64,000 nt of DNA, from the NCBI RefSeq assembly GCF_964213995.1, contig NC_135820.1:496001-560000 (forward strand), written 5' to 3'. Positions 36,157 through 49,300 of the stretch are shown here, one piece after another. The DNA comes from Mustelus asterias (Eukaryota). Below the pieces are notes generated by a model. That model was not told the DNA's origin. It made no database searches and was given only the letters and a program-made list of their open reading frames with translations. The first letter of the stretch is position 1, and each line of letters begins with the position of its first letter. The position numbers and the translations under genes are program-made.

Positions 36157-36505
36157 CATAGAATCATAGAATCATAGAAACCCTACAGTGCAGAAGGAGG
36201 CCATTCGGCCCATCGAGTCTGCACCGACCACAATCCCACCCAGGCCCTACCCCCACATATTTTACCCACTAATCCCTCTAACCTACGCATCCCAGGACTC
36301 TAAGGGGCAATTTTTTTAACCTGGCCAATCAACCTAACCCGCACATCTTTGGACTGTGGGAGGAAACCGGAGCACCCGGAGGAAACCCACGCAGACACGA
36401 GGAGAATGTGCAAACTCCACACAGACAGTGACCCGAGCCGGGAATCAAACCTGGGACCCTGGAGCTGTGAAGCAGCAGTGCTAACCACTGTGCTACCGTG
36501 CCGCC
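36157..36505 (-). mobile_element. HE1 V-SINE, full length
   Basis: (ATCATAGA)n tail, V-domain and GGGGCGGCACGGTAGCACAGTGG head on the minus strand. Confidence 0.95.
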
Positions 36506-37296
36506 CCTTTGGGTTGTCCCCTGGGGTTTCAGAGTAGGGTCTCTCAGACAAGAAGAGAGACTCATGAATGGGCGGAGCGAGGTTTACAGAGAGACAAACA
36601 GGCAGTTGCTCTTTGAATTTGGATATTTTTTCTCTCTCCCTCTCTTTCTGGAAATTGAAGTCTGGGACCTGCTACAAAATATGTATCCTTCTCCAGAGGT
36701 CTGCAAAAGGCAAGAAGTGTTTTCTCCCTCTTTCTTTTTTTGGAATTCTGCTGTTTGTGAAGACAGGTCTTTCTCTGAAGGCCACTGTCTGAGAGTCAGA
36801 AGACGGGTGTCTCTCTGTATCTCTGTCTAGACGTTATAGAAGGTTGGAGGCCTAGCAGGCCACATAAGACTCTGTTTTTGCTCACTTATTCTGAAGAGGC
36901 ATTTATGTCTATGGGAAATATTGCATAAATTGGAGGGATTCTGGGGGAAAGGTACTGAAGAAAGGTGGCAGTTTTTCAAGGAATGTCTGTCTAGAGTTCT
37001 ACAGGACAACGTTCCGAGCAGACAGGGAGCTGTCGGTCGGTTAAAGGAACCGTGGTGCACGAAAGCTGTGCGGGACCGAGTCGAGAAGAAAAGGCAAGCG
37101 TACAAAAGGCTCAGAGAGCTTGGCGAAGATAGGGATTTAGAAGAGTATACGGCTTGTCGGAAGGGACTAAAGAAGGAAATTAGGAGAGCCAGAAGGGGTC
37201 ACGAGAAGGCCCTGGCAGGTAGGATTAAGGAGAACCCTAAGGCGTTCTATAAATATGTGAAGAGTAAAAGGATGAGACGTGACGGAATAGGGCCTA

Positions 37297-40200
37297 TAGA
37301 ACATAGAACAGTACAGCACAGAACAGGCCCTTCGGCCCACGATGTTGTGCCGAGCTTTATCTTAAACCAAGATCAAGCTATCCCACTCCCTATCATCCTG
37401 GTGTGCTCCATGTGCCTATCCAATAACCGCTTAAATGTTCCTAAAGTGTCTGACTCCACTATCACTGCAGGCAGTCCATTCCACACCCCAACCACTCTGT
37501 GCGTAAAGAACCTACCTCTGATATCCTTCCTATATCTCCCACCATGAACCCTATAGTTATGCCCCCTTGTAATAGCTCCATCCACCCGAGGAAATAGTCT
37601 TTGAACGTTCACTCTATCTATCCCCTTCATCATTTTATAAACCTCTATTAAGTCTCCCCTCAGCCTCCTCTGCTCCAGAGAGAACAGCCCTAGCTCCCTC
37701 AACCTTTCCTCATAAGACCCACCCTCCAAACCAGGCAGCATCCTGGTAAATTTCCTCTGCACTCTTTCCAGCGCTTCCACATCCTTCTTTTAGTGAGGTG
37801 ACCAGAACTGCATACAATATTCCAAATGTGGTCTCACCAACGCCCTGTACAGTTGCAGCATAACCCCACGTCTCTTAAACTCCAACCCCCTATTAATAAA
37901 AGCTAACACACTATAGGCCTTCTTCACAGCTCTATCCACTTGAGTGGCAACCTTTAGAGATCTGTGGATATGAACCCCAAGATCGCTCTGTTCCTCCACA
38001 GTCTTCAGAACCCTACCTTTGACCCTGTAATCCACATTTAAATTTGTCCTACCAAAATGAATCACCTCACATTTATCAGGGTTAAACTCCATTTGCCATT
38101 TTTCAGCCCAGCTTTGCATCCTATCTATGTCTCTTTGCAGCCTACAACAGCCCTCCACCTCATCCACTACTCCACCAATCTTGGTGTCATCAGCAAATTT
38201 ACTGATCCACCCTTCAGCCCCCTCCTCTAAGTCATTAATAAAAATCACAAAGAGCAGAGCACCAAGCACTGATCCCTGCGGCACTCCGCTAGCAACTTGC
38301 CTCCAATCCGAAAATTTTTCATCCACCACCACTCTCTGTCTTTGATCAGACAGCCAGTTACCTATCCAATCGGCCAACTTTCCCTCTATGCCACACCTCC
38401 TTACTTTCATCATAAGCCGACCATGGGGGACCTTATCAAACGCCCTACTAAAATCCATGTATATGACATCAACTGCCCTACCTTCATTAACACACTTAGT
38501 TACCTCCTCAAAAAATTCAATCAAATTTGTGAGGCACGACTTGCCCTTCACAAATCCGTGCTGACTATCCCGGATTAATCCGCATCTTTCTAAATGGTCG
38601 TAAATCCCATCCCTAAGGACCTTTTCCATCAATTTACCAACCACCGAAGTAAAACTAACCGGTCTATAATTACCAGGGTCATTTCTATTCCCTTTCTTAA
38701 ACAGAGGAACAACATTCGCCATTCTCCAGTCCTCTGGCACACTCCATCTGACGAAGGGGCAGCGCTCCGAAAGCTTATGGTATTTGCTACCAAATAAACC
38801 TGTTGGACTTTAACCTGGTGTTGTGAGACTTCTTACTGTGCTTACCCCAGTCCAACGCCGGCATCTCCACACCATTCCCGTGGACAGCGAGGACCCAAAG
38901 ATCAAAGTCAAAGGCTCTGCAATCTCATCCCTTGCCTCCCAAAGAATCCTAGGATATATTTCATCAGGCCCAGGGGACTTATCGACCTTCAGTTTATTCA
39001 AAAGTGCCAGGACATCCTCCCTCCGAACATCTATTTCCTCCAGCCTATTAGCCTGTAACACCTTCTCTTCCTCAAAAACATGGCCCCTCTCCTTGGTGAA
39101 CACTGAAGAAAAGTATTCATTCATCACCTCGCCTATCTCTACTGACTCCATACACAAGTTCCCACTACTGTCCTTGACCGGCCCTAACCTCACCCTGGTC
39201 ATTCTTTTATTCCTCACATAAGGTAAAATGCCTTGGGGTTTTCCTTGATCCGACCCGCCAAGGACTTCTCATGTCCTCTCCTCGCTCTCCTAAGCCCCTT
39301 TTTCAGCTCGTTCCTTGCTAACTTGTAACCCTCAATCGAGCCATCTGAACCTTGTTTCCTCATCCGTACATAAGCTTCCCTCTTCCTTTTCACAAAACAT
39401 TCCACCTCTTTCATGAACCATGGTTCCCTCACTCGGCCATTTCCTCCCTGCCTGATAGGGACATACCTATCAAGGACACCCAGTATTTGTTCCTTGAAAT
39501 AGTTCCACTTTTCATTAGTGCCTTTCCCTGACAGTTTCTGTTCCCAACTTATGCCCCCTAATTCTTGCCTAATCGCAGCATAATTACCTCTCCCCCAATT
39601 GTAAACCTTGCCCTGCCACAATAACAAAAGACACCGAATTGTGGTCACTATCTCCAAAGTGCTCTCCCACAACCAAATCTAACACTTGGCCCGGTTCATT
39701 TCCCAGTACCAAATCCAATGTGGCCTCACCTCTTGTCGGCCTATCCACATATTGCGTCAGGAAACCCTCCTGCACACACTGCACAAAAACTGCCCCATCC
39801 GAACTATTTGACCTACAAAGGTTCCAATCAATATTTGGAAAGTTAAAGTCCCCCGTGACAACTACCCTGTGACCCCCACACATATCCATAATCTGCTTAG
39901 CAATTTCTTCCTCCACATCTCTATTACTATTTGGGGGCCTATAGTAAACTCCTAACAACGCGACCGCTCCTTTCCTATTTCTAACCTCAGCCCATATTAC
40001 CTCAGTGTGCAGATCCCCCTCGAAGTGCCTTTCCGCAGCCATTAAACTATCCTTGATTAACAATGCTACTCCTCCACCTCTTTTACCAGCTTCCCTACAC
40101 TTACTGAAACATCTATACCCCGGAACGTCCAACAACCATTCCTGTCCTTGTTCTACCCATGTCTCCGTAATGGCCACAACATCGTAGTCCCAAGTACCAA

Positions 40201-40326
40201 TCCACGCCCCAAGTTCATCTACCTTGTTCCGGATGCTCCTTGCATTGAAGTAGACACACTTCAACCCACCTTCCTGACTACCGGTACCCACCCTTGACCC
40301 TGATACCTTCCCCAATACCTCACCAA
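37297..40326 (-). mobile_element. CR1 family B copy (EN+RT, frameshifted)
   Basis: Near-identical to the reverse complement of 52070-54981. Confidence 0.95.
38741..38870 (+). mobile_element. Penelope-like terminal repeat fragment carrying a minimal hammerhead ribozyme motif
   Basis: CCAT-CTGACGA-AGGGGCAGCGCTCC-GAAA-GCTT-ATGG; same family as 55177 and 58232. Confidence 0.7.
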
Positions 40327-42329
40327 AAGGTGAAGGCGGGAAAGTCTGTACGGAACCAGTGGAAATGGCAGAGGTGCTCAATGAGTATTTTGCCTCGGTT
40401 TTCACAGAGGAGAAGGACCTGGGTGGATGTACTGTGGGCGTGCGGTGGACTGAAAGGATTGAGTATGTGGACTTTAAGAAAGAGGTTGTGCTGGAATCTT
40501 TGAATGGCATGAAGATAGATAAGTCACCGGGTCCGGATGGGATGTACCCCAGGTTACTGTGGGAGGCGAGGGAAGAGATTGCAGAGCCTCTGGCGATGAT
40601 CTTTGCGTCGTCGATGGAGACGGGAGAGGTGCCGGAGGATTGGAGGATTGCGGATGTGGTTCCTATTTTCAAGAAGGGGAATAGGGATAGCCCAGGAAAT
40701 TACCGACCGGTGAGTCTAACCTCAGTGGTTGGTAAACTGATGGAGAAGATCCTGAGGGACAGGATATATGAGCATTTAGAGAGGTTTAGTATGCTCAAGA
40801 ATACTCAGCATGGCTTTGTCAAGGGCAGATCGTGCCTTACGAGCCTGGTGGAGTTCTTCGAAAATGTGACATTGACAAAGGGAAGGCGGTAGATGTGGTT
40901 GAAATGGATTTTAGCAATGTGTTCAATAAGGTCCCCCATGCAAGGCTTCTAGAAAAAGTGAGAGGGCATGGGATCCAAGGGGCTGCTGCCCGGTGGATCC
41001 AGAACTGGCTTGCCCAAATGAGGCAGAGAGTGGATATAGATGGGTCTTTTTCTAAATGGAGGTCGGTCACCAGTGGCGTGCCCCAGGGATCTGTTCTGGG
41101 ACCCTTGCTGTTTGTCATTTTCATAAATGACCTGGATGAGGAAGCGGAGGGATGGGTTGGTAAGTTTGCCGCGACACGAAGGTTGGTGGGGTTGTGGATA
41201 GACTGGTGGGATGTCAGAAGTTACAGAGGGACATAGATAGGATGCAAGACTGGGCGGAGAAGTGGCAGATGGACTTCAACCCACATAAATACGTCGTGGT
41301 CCATTTTGGCAGGTCAAATAGGATGAAGGAGTGCAATATTAAGGGAAAGACTCTTAGTACTGTAGAGGACCAGAAGGACCTTGGGGTCTGGGTCCATAGG
41401 ACTCTGAAATCGGCCCCGCAGGTGGAGGAGGTGGTTAAGAAGGCGTATGGTGTGCTGGCCTTTATCAATCGAGGGATTGAGTTTAGGAGTCCGGGGATAA
41501 TGATGCAGCTATATAAGATCCTCGTCAGACCCCACTTGGAGTACTGTGCTCAGTTCTGGTCGCCTAATTACAGGAAGGATGTGGAAAAGATTGAAAGGGT
41601 GCAGAGGAGATTTAAAAGGATGTTGCCTGGATTGAGTGGCATGCCTTATGAGGATAGGCTGAGGGAGCTCGGTGTTTTCTCCTTGGAGAGACGAAGGATC
41701 AGAGGAGACCTAATAGAGGTGTATAAGATGTTGAGAGGCATTGATCGGGTGGACTCTCAGAGGCTTTTTCCCAGGGTGGAAATGGCTGCTACGAGAGGAC
41801 ACAGGTTTAAGGTGCTGGGGGGTAGGTACAGGGGAGATGTTAGGGGTAAGTTTTTCACGCAGGGTGGTGGGCGAGTGGAATCGGCTGCCGTCAGTGGTGG
41901 TGGAGGCGAACTCAATGGGGTCTTTTAAGAGACTCCTGGATGTGTACATGGAGCTTAATAGGATGGAGGGTTATAGGTAGGTCTAGAAGGTAGGGATGTG
42001 TTTGGCACAACTTGTGGGCCGAAGGGCCTATTTGTGCTGTAGATTTTCTATGTTTCTTTGTAATAGCTAGCAGTTAAGAATTATACCTTCTCATGTTTAA
42101 GTTGAGTTGTTCGATGCGGAAATGTTATGTTAATTCTTTTTGTTATAGTTAAACTGTATTGTTAAATAAAGTTTGTTTTAATAAAAACTTCCAAGTGGGT
42201 CGATAGAATCTCACCTGGAGTGAAACACCTTCTGCTCACTGTAATACTAAAATCAAAAAGTGACTGGGGTCTATTCTAACTTCATACTATACTTGGAGTT
42301 TCCGATCTGGTCCCTCACAATTCTGAATA

Positions 42330-42745
42330 GTGTTGTGTTTGATTATTGATATTAAATGGATTTGTTTATTGATACTGATCTGTGTTTAATTACTGAAACT
42401 GATGTTGGGTTTGATTATTGATACTGAACGGGGTTTGATTATTGATACTGAACGGGGTTTGATTATTGATACTGAACGGGATTTGATTATTGATGCTGAA
42501 TGGGGTTTGATTATTGATACTGAACGGGGTTTGATTATTGACACTGAACGGGGTTTGATTATTGACACTGAATGGGGTTTGATCATTGATACTGAACGGT
42601 GTTTGATTATTGATACTGAACGGGATTTGATTATTGATGCTGAATCGGGTTTGATTATTGATACTGAACAGGGTTTGATTATTGACACTGAACGGGGTTT
42701 GATTATTGACACTGAACGGTGTTTGATTATTGATACTGAATGATG
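42330..42745. repeat. 24-bp minisatellite, ~15 copies
   Basis: Same unit as 31240-32545. Confidence 0.95.
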
Positions 42746-42874
42746 TTGAGTTTGAGGTTTATTGAGTTGGGTTTGGGTCCATCACAGAGACATGACGAGA
42801 GCAAAGACATGACACATCAATAACCAGGTGACTATCCATGTGAAAGGCTCAGTACCTTGTGGTGTGTCACTCAC

Positions 42875-42982
42875 CTTCTGATGACTCAAGGACCTATCAA
42901 ACACACAATTTTCATAAGTAGGACCTTGATATTCATTGATTATACGGTTCAATTTCATCTCCCATTTTGAATCTCCTCTCTT
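42875..42982 (-). CDS. Siglec-like gene, exon 7 (cytoplasmic): KRGDSKWEMKLNRIINEYQGPTYENCVFDRSLSHQK
   Basis: TATTACAG| acceptor, AAG|GTGAGT donor, 108 bp, phase 0-0; homologous to exons 8 and 9; TYENC motif. Confidence 0.75.
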
Positions 42983-43107
42983 CTGTAATATAAATGGATA
43001 AGGACAGAGTAACTATCAACATGATCTGTGTTTGGTGTTGGCTTAGATTATTGGGGGAGTAAGTTCCCCCAGTTATGGAATATAATTCCAATCATTCCAT
43101 TACTTAC

Positions 43108-43192
43108 CCGGGACCCGTCCAATTGCCTGCCTTGAGAGTAACTGCTGACCTGCTCTGCTTGGGCTGAATGTCCTCTTCCTGTGCTGCTCCCT
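43108..43192 (-). CDS. Siglec-like gene, exon 6 (cytoplasmic): GSSTGRGHSAQAEQVSSYSQGRQLDGSR
   Basis: ACACACAG| acceptor, CGG|GTAAGT donor; 85 bp bridges phase 2 to 0; conserved paralog at 6323. Confidence 0.75.
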
Positions 43193-43720
43193 CTGTGTGT
43201 TTAATTAAAAAGAGTTGATGTGTCACTGTGAATCAAATCAGAAAAACCCTTTTTATTGAAACAAAAGACCTTAGTCTTGTTGTAAGCAACTGTTAACCCT
43301 TTATGTTCTGACACCGTGACATGATTCCAGTGTGAAACTGGATAGTCGTTGACTGAGTTTTATTTCACTGCTCACTCCAGGTGGTGAGGTGGGTCTTCAG
43401 AAGGAGCAGATGTTGCTGAGCATTCTTTCAAAATGTGAGAATCTGGACAGCATTCAAGAGGACGAGAGATAAGTTGAGCGAGAGACAGAGAGAGAATGAT
43501 AGGTAGGGCATTACTGGAGAAAGGCGAGAGAGTGAATGTCCAGGCTGACACCGCAAGTTACAGTATTAGATGTTAAACAGTGAGTGAAGATCAGAGCTGT
43601 TCTGAGGCTGTGAGAGATTTTGGGTTGTGTAAGGTGCTATAGAAATGCAAACTCTTGCTGCAAAGAGAAAAGCTTGAAGTTAACATGTTCAAAACCAACA
43701 AATTGAACCTTCATACTTAC

Positions 43721-43817
43721 TTTCTCACACACTTGTAGATGATGAATCCAATTAGTCCAATGCACGAAGTGATTCCAGCTCCAAGCAATCCTGTTATCCA
43801 TTGATTGGAATCTCGAC
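43721..43817 (-). CDS. Siglec-like gene, exon 5 (TM): SRDSNQWITGLLGAGITSCIGLIGFIIYKCVRK
   Basis: TTTTACAG| acceptor, AA|GTAAGT donor; hydrophobic stretch followed by a basic stop-transfer. Confidence 0.88.
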
Positions 43818-44019
43818 CTGTAAAAATAACCAATGAGTGACTCTAGTACAATTTTAGAATGGTTCTCAGATTGTAGCTGGTCAGAACTTGTGCTGGGATT
43901 ACTATATATACATGTAAGGTCGATACAAGTTACATTAATCTGTAAAATTTATATACACTATCTTTATAAGTAGGTTTCAGATATACCAAGAATTGCCAAA
44001 CTGCTGAGGTGATACACTG

Positions 44020-45850
44020 AGTGCGAAAGAATGGAAGCAGCATTCTATAGACAAGAGGTAAATGATTGCACAACTGACAGATCAGATCAAAGCTCTGCAG
44101 TCCTGTCAGTTGTAGTTGTGAATGGTGGTGGACAATTAAGCAACATACTGGAGGAGGATGCTCAACAAATATGCTCATCTTCAACGACGGTGGAGTCCAG
44201 CACGCCAGTGCAAAAAAAAGGCTGAATTTTCATAGAATCCTACAATGCAGAAGGAGGCCATTCGACTCATCAAGTCTGCACTGACCACAATTCCCCCCCC
44301 CCGCCCCCCCCAGCCCTATCCCCATAACCCCATGCATTTACCCTAGCTAGTTCCCCTGACACTAAGGGGCAATTTAGCATGGCCAATCCACCTAACCCGC
44401 ACACCTTTGGACTGTGGGAAGAAACTGGAGCACCCGGAGGAAATGCACGCAGACCTGGGGAAAACGTGCAGACTCTGCACAGACAGTGACCCAAGCCAAG
44501 AATCGAACCCGGGTCCCTGGCGCTGTGAGGCAGCAGTGCTCGCCACTGCGCCACTGTGCCGCCCCAGCCATTAATGCTGAGTGGATGATCCATCTCAGCT
44601 TCCTCCCTGAAGCCCCCAGCATCAGAGGTGCTAGTCTTCTACCAATTCAATTATCTCTGTATGATATCAAGAAACAACTGAAGGGACTGGATACTGGAAA
44701 GACTGTGGGCCCTGATAACGTTCTGGCAATTGCACTGAGGACTTGTGCCCCAGCACTATCTGCACCAAGCTATTCCAGTTCACTTATAACACTGGCAACT
44801 GTCCGGCAATGTAGAAAATTCCTTATTTATGTCCACAATAAGCAGGACAAACTCAACACAGCCAATTCCCTCCCCATTAGTCTACTCTCCGTCATCAGTG
44901 AACTGATGGCAGGTGTCATAACAGCACTATCAAGCTTCACTCACCAAATACCTGCTCATGGACGCTCTGTTTGAATTCCACCAGGCCCACTTGGCCCCTG
45001 AACTCATTAGAGCCTTGATCCAAACATGGACAAAAGAGCTGGACTCCAGAGATAAAGTGAGAGTGACTGTTCTTGGCATCAAAGCAACATTTGACCAAAA
45101 ACGGCATCAAGGAGCCTCAGCAAAACTGGAGTCTTTGGGGCTTGGAGTCATAAATAGCACAGGGGAAGGTGGTTATGTCTGTTGCAGGTCATACCATCTC
45201 AGTTCCATCACTATAGGTGGTTCTCTGGCTCATGCGCTAAATATTTTCAGCTGCTTCATCAGTGACCTTACTTCCATCATGAGGTCACAAGGAATGATGT
45301 TTGCTGATAATTGCACTATGCCCGGCACAACTTGTGGCTGCTCAGACACTGAAGCAGTCCATGTCCAAATCCAGCAAGACCTGGACAACCTTCAGACTTG
45401 GGCTGATAAGTGGCAAGTAAAATTCATGTCACACAATTGCCAGGCAGTGGTCATCTCCAACAACATTGAATGTTACCACCTTCCCTAGATGTGCAAAGGC
45501 ATTACCTTTATTATATTGCCCGTTATCACCGGCTTGGGGGTTACCTGGATTCCCATTGGCCAGAAGGTAAGTTGGACCAGCTATGTAAATACTGTAGCTA
45601 CAAGAGCAGGTCAGAGGCTGGGAATCCTCACCTCTTGATTTCACAAAATCTGTTCAACATTGAAAATGCACAAGTCAAGAGTGAGGTGGAATATTCTTCA
45701 CCGGCATGGATGAATGCCATTCCAAGAACACTCCAGAAGCTCCAGACAGCTCCAGGACAAAGCAACACTGTGAATGCACCCAACCCACATGGACTACAAC
45801 GGTTCAAGCAGGTGGCTCAATCCCCACGACCTGAAAGGGGAAGTTAGGAA
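44020..45850 (+). mobile_element. Old, degenerate non-LTR retrotransposon RT region with an HE1 SINE (44230-44565, minus) inserted
   Basis: LDTGKTVGPDN, PISLLSVIS, MFADNCT, LQTWADKWQVKF. Confidence 0.75.
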
Positions 45851-45934
45851 TTGACATTAAATGTCAAAATTGCCAGAAATACACACATCTCCTGAAACAG
45901 TAGAAACAAAATGTTGATGTTTTTGTACACTCAC

Positions 45935-46216
45935 TTTCCACAGTAATGGCTATGGACCTCTCCAATCCTCCATGTTCATTCTCTGCTACACACTGATAGA
46001 CTCCACTGTCCCTGGATGTAACGTGAGGAATCACCAACCGCAGCTCATTGTTGGATCTTGTGCTGTTTATTGGGACATCAAGATGTCTCCAGGTCAGGTT
46101 AGAAGCTGGGAAGCTCTCGACAGAGCAGATTATCACTGCCGAATTCCCCTCAGTTATATTGAGCCATGAAGCATTAATCATATCAAGAGAAGTGATTGAG
46201 AGATTTCGTGGCGCAT
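45935..46216 (-). CDS. Siglec-like gene, exon 4 (C2-set Ig)
   Basis: YAPRNLSI...ICSVESFPASNLTW...DSGVYQCVAENEHG; 282 bp, phase 1-1, AG/GT ends. Confidence 0.92.
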
Positions 46217-46359
46217 CTAAAAACCAACATCGATCTTGAGTATTACTGAAAAAGACATATGCTCCTGAACCTTTTCATCTTGGACTTTTCAGGATACTTC
46301 ACATGAATACTAATATATAAAAGGAACAATAATTTACACTGCACGAGAAGAGTGTTGAT

Positions 46360-49300
46360 TGAACACAAGATTTGGAAGCAAGAACAGGCCATTCAGTCAA
46401 TCAAGCCTACTCTGCCATTCGATAAGATCATGGCTAACCCAAATGTGGCCTCAACTCCAGTTTCCCGTCTTCCCTTGCCCCCCCATTAACTATTCACTCC
46501 TTTGTCAATCAAACTTCTATCTATCACATCCTTGAGTTTATTCCCTGACTCATCCTCCACTGCTCTTGAGAAGAGAATTCCAAACATCAACAACCTTCTG
46601 TGAGAGAAAAAGATTCCTTATTTCAGTCTTGAAATGCATTGTCCCCTAGTTCTAGACTCATAGAGTCAGAGTCAGAGAGCCTTAGAGATTTCCAGCATGG
46701 AAACAGGCCCTTCGGCCCAACTTGTCCATGCTGCCCCCTTTTTTTTTTAAAGCCCTAAGCTAGTCCCAATTGCCCGCATTTGGCCCATATCCCTCTATAC
46801 CCATCTTACGCATGTAACTGTCTAAATGCTTTTTAAAAGACAAAATTGTACCCGCCTCTACTACTACCTCTGGCAGCTTGTTCCACACACTCACCACCCT
46901 CTGTGTGAAAAAATTGCCCCCCTGGACCCTTTAGTATCTCTCCCCTCTCACCTTAAACCGATGCCCTCTAGTTTTAGACTCCCTTACCTTTGGGAAAAGA
47001 TATTGACTCTCTACCTTATTTACGCCACTCATTATTTTATAGACCTCTATAAGATCACCCGAAGTCGTCTACGCTCCAGAGAAAAAAGTCCCAGTCTATC
47101 CAGCCTCTCCTTATAACTCAAACCATCAACTCCTGGTACCATCCTAGTAAATCTTTTCTGCGCTCTTTCTAGTTTAATAATATCCTTTCTATATTAGGGT
47201 GACCAGAACTGTGCACAGTATTCCAAGTGTGGCCTTACCAATGTCTTGTACAACTTCAACAAGATGTCCCAACTCTTGTATTCAATGTTCTGACCAATGA
47301 AACCAAGCATGCTGAATGCCTTCTTCACCACTCTGTCCACCTGTGATTCCACTTTTAAGGAGCTGTGAACCTGTACCCCTAGATCTCTTTGCCCTGTAAC
47401 TCTCCCCAATGTCCTACCATTAACTAAGTAAGTCCTGCACTGGTTCAGTCTACCAAAATGCATCATCTTGCATTTATCTAAATTAAGCTCCATCTGCCAT
47501 TCGTCAGCCTACTGGCCCAATTGATCAAGATCCCATTGCAGTCTGAGATAACCTTCTTCACTGTCCACTATGCCACCAATCTTGGTGTCATCTGCAAACT
47601 TACTAACCATGCCTCCTATATTCTCATCCAAATCATTAATATAAATGACAAATAACAGTGGACCCAGCACTGATCCCTGAGGCACACCGCTGGTCACAGG
47701 CCTGCAGTTTGATAAACAACCCTCTACAACCAACCTCTGGCTTCTGTCGTCGAGCCAATTTTGTATCCATTTAGCTACTTTACCCTGGATCCCGTGAGAT
47801 TTAACCTTTTGCAACAACCTATCTTGCAGTACCTTGTGAAAGGCCTTGCTAAAGTCCATGTAGACAACATCAACTGCACTGCCCTCATCTACCTTCTTGG
47901 TTACCCCTTCAAAAACTCAATCAAACTTGTGAGACATGGTTTTCCACTCACAAAGCCATGCTGACTGTCCCTAATCAGTCCTTGCGTCTCTAAATGCTGT
48001 AGATCCTGTCTCTCAAAATATCTTCCAATAACTTACCCACCACAGATGTGAGGCTCACTGGCCTGTAGTCCCAGGCTTTTCCCTGCAACCCTTTTTAATC
48101 AAAGGCACATTTGCCACCCTCCAATCTTCAGGCACCTCACCTGTGACTATTGATGATTCTCTGCCAGGGGACTCCTCCACAAGGGGAAAATCCTCTCAGA
48201 TCCACCCTGAGATGTCCCTTCAGGATCTCTTTTGTTTCATAGATTTATAGATTGATAGACATTTGAGGCACTGTAGGAGGCCATTGGGCCCATCGTATCC
48301 ATGCCAATCAATAAAGATCTGACTACATGAAGCTCATTTTCCAGCGCTTGGCCCACCCATATCCCTGGAGGTTACGGCAGTGCAAGTCAATATCTAAATA
48401 CTCCTCCAATGTTGCAAGAGTTACTGACTTAGTCATCCTTTCAGGCAGTGAGTTCCAGACTCCTATCACCCTCTGAATGAATAAGTTTCTCCTCAACTCC
48501 CCTCTTAGCCTTCTATCTCTTAACTTAAATCTATGCCCCCTGGTTATTGACCCCTCTGCTAATTTCAAAAAGTAACATCTCTTATCCAACCTTTTTATGC
48601 CCCCCTCATAATCTGATACATCTGTATCAGGTCCTTCTCAACCTTCGCTCCTACAAGGAAAACAATCCCAGCCTACCAATCTCTCCTCACAGCTTAAATC
48701 ATTTAGTTCAGGCATCATCCTGGTAAATCTCCTCGGCACTCCAGTACAAGCATATCCTTCCTCTAACATGGTGACCAAAACTACTCCAGTTATGGCCGAA
48801 CCAGCATTTTATACAGTTCCTGCACGACTTCCCGCTCTTGTATTCTATGCTTCGGTTAATAAAGACAGGTATCCCATGTGACTTCTTAACCACCTTATCA
48901 ACCTGGTATGTCACCTTCAGAGATCTCTGGATATGCACTCCAAAGTCCCTCTAATCTTAAAGTTTATTTATCAGTGTCACAAGCAGGCTTACATTAACAC
49001 TGCAATGAAGTTACTGTGAAAATCCCCAAGTTGCCACACTCCGGCGCCTGTTCAGGTACACAGAGGGAGAATTTAGCATGGGCAATCCACCTAACCATCA
49101 CGTCTTTTGGACTGCGGGAGGAAACCAGAGCACCCGGAGCAAACCCTCGCAGACACAAGGAGAATGTGCAAACTCTGCACAGACAGGCTACGAATTGAAC
49201 CCGGGTCCCTGGTGCTGTGAGGCAGCAGTGCTAACCACTGTGTTACTGTGCCGCCCACTGATCCCAGTGCTTTCCCAGGGTCCTACCATTCATAGTGTAA

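Larger units (their letters stand above)
36945..42060 (+). mobile_element. CR1 LINE (family C) interrupted by an opposite-strand CR1
   Basis: Frame ...KRMRRDGIGPI breaks at ~37297 and resumes at ~40326 (GEGGKVCTEPVEMAEVLNEYF); RT motifs; tail at ~42050. Confidence 0.9.
33370..42319 (+). mobile_element. Decayed Gypsy (Gmr1-like) LTR retrotransposon: LTR-like direct repeats at ~33370-33660 and ~36080-42319 (the latter interrupted by HE1 and CR1 insertions)
   Basis: Shared TTATTGG.GTGTTTGTTTTAAT...AATGCAGTTTTGTTA and GGAAATTGAAGTCTG.GACCTGCT; end ..CTGGTCCCTCACA with AATAAA upstream; internal CHVNMLK(R)YFDR followed by RT N-terminus-like PVEQYLSRLNP. Confidence 0.7.
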
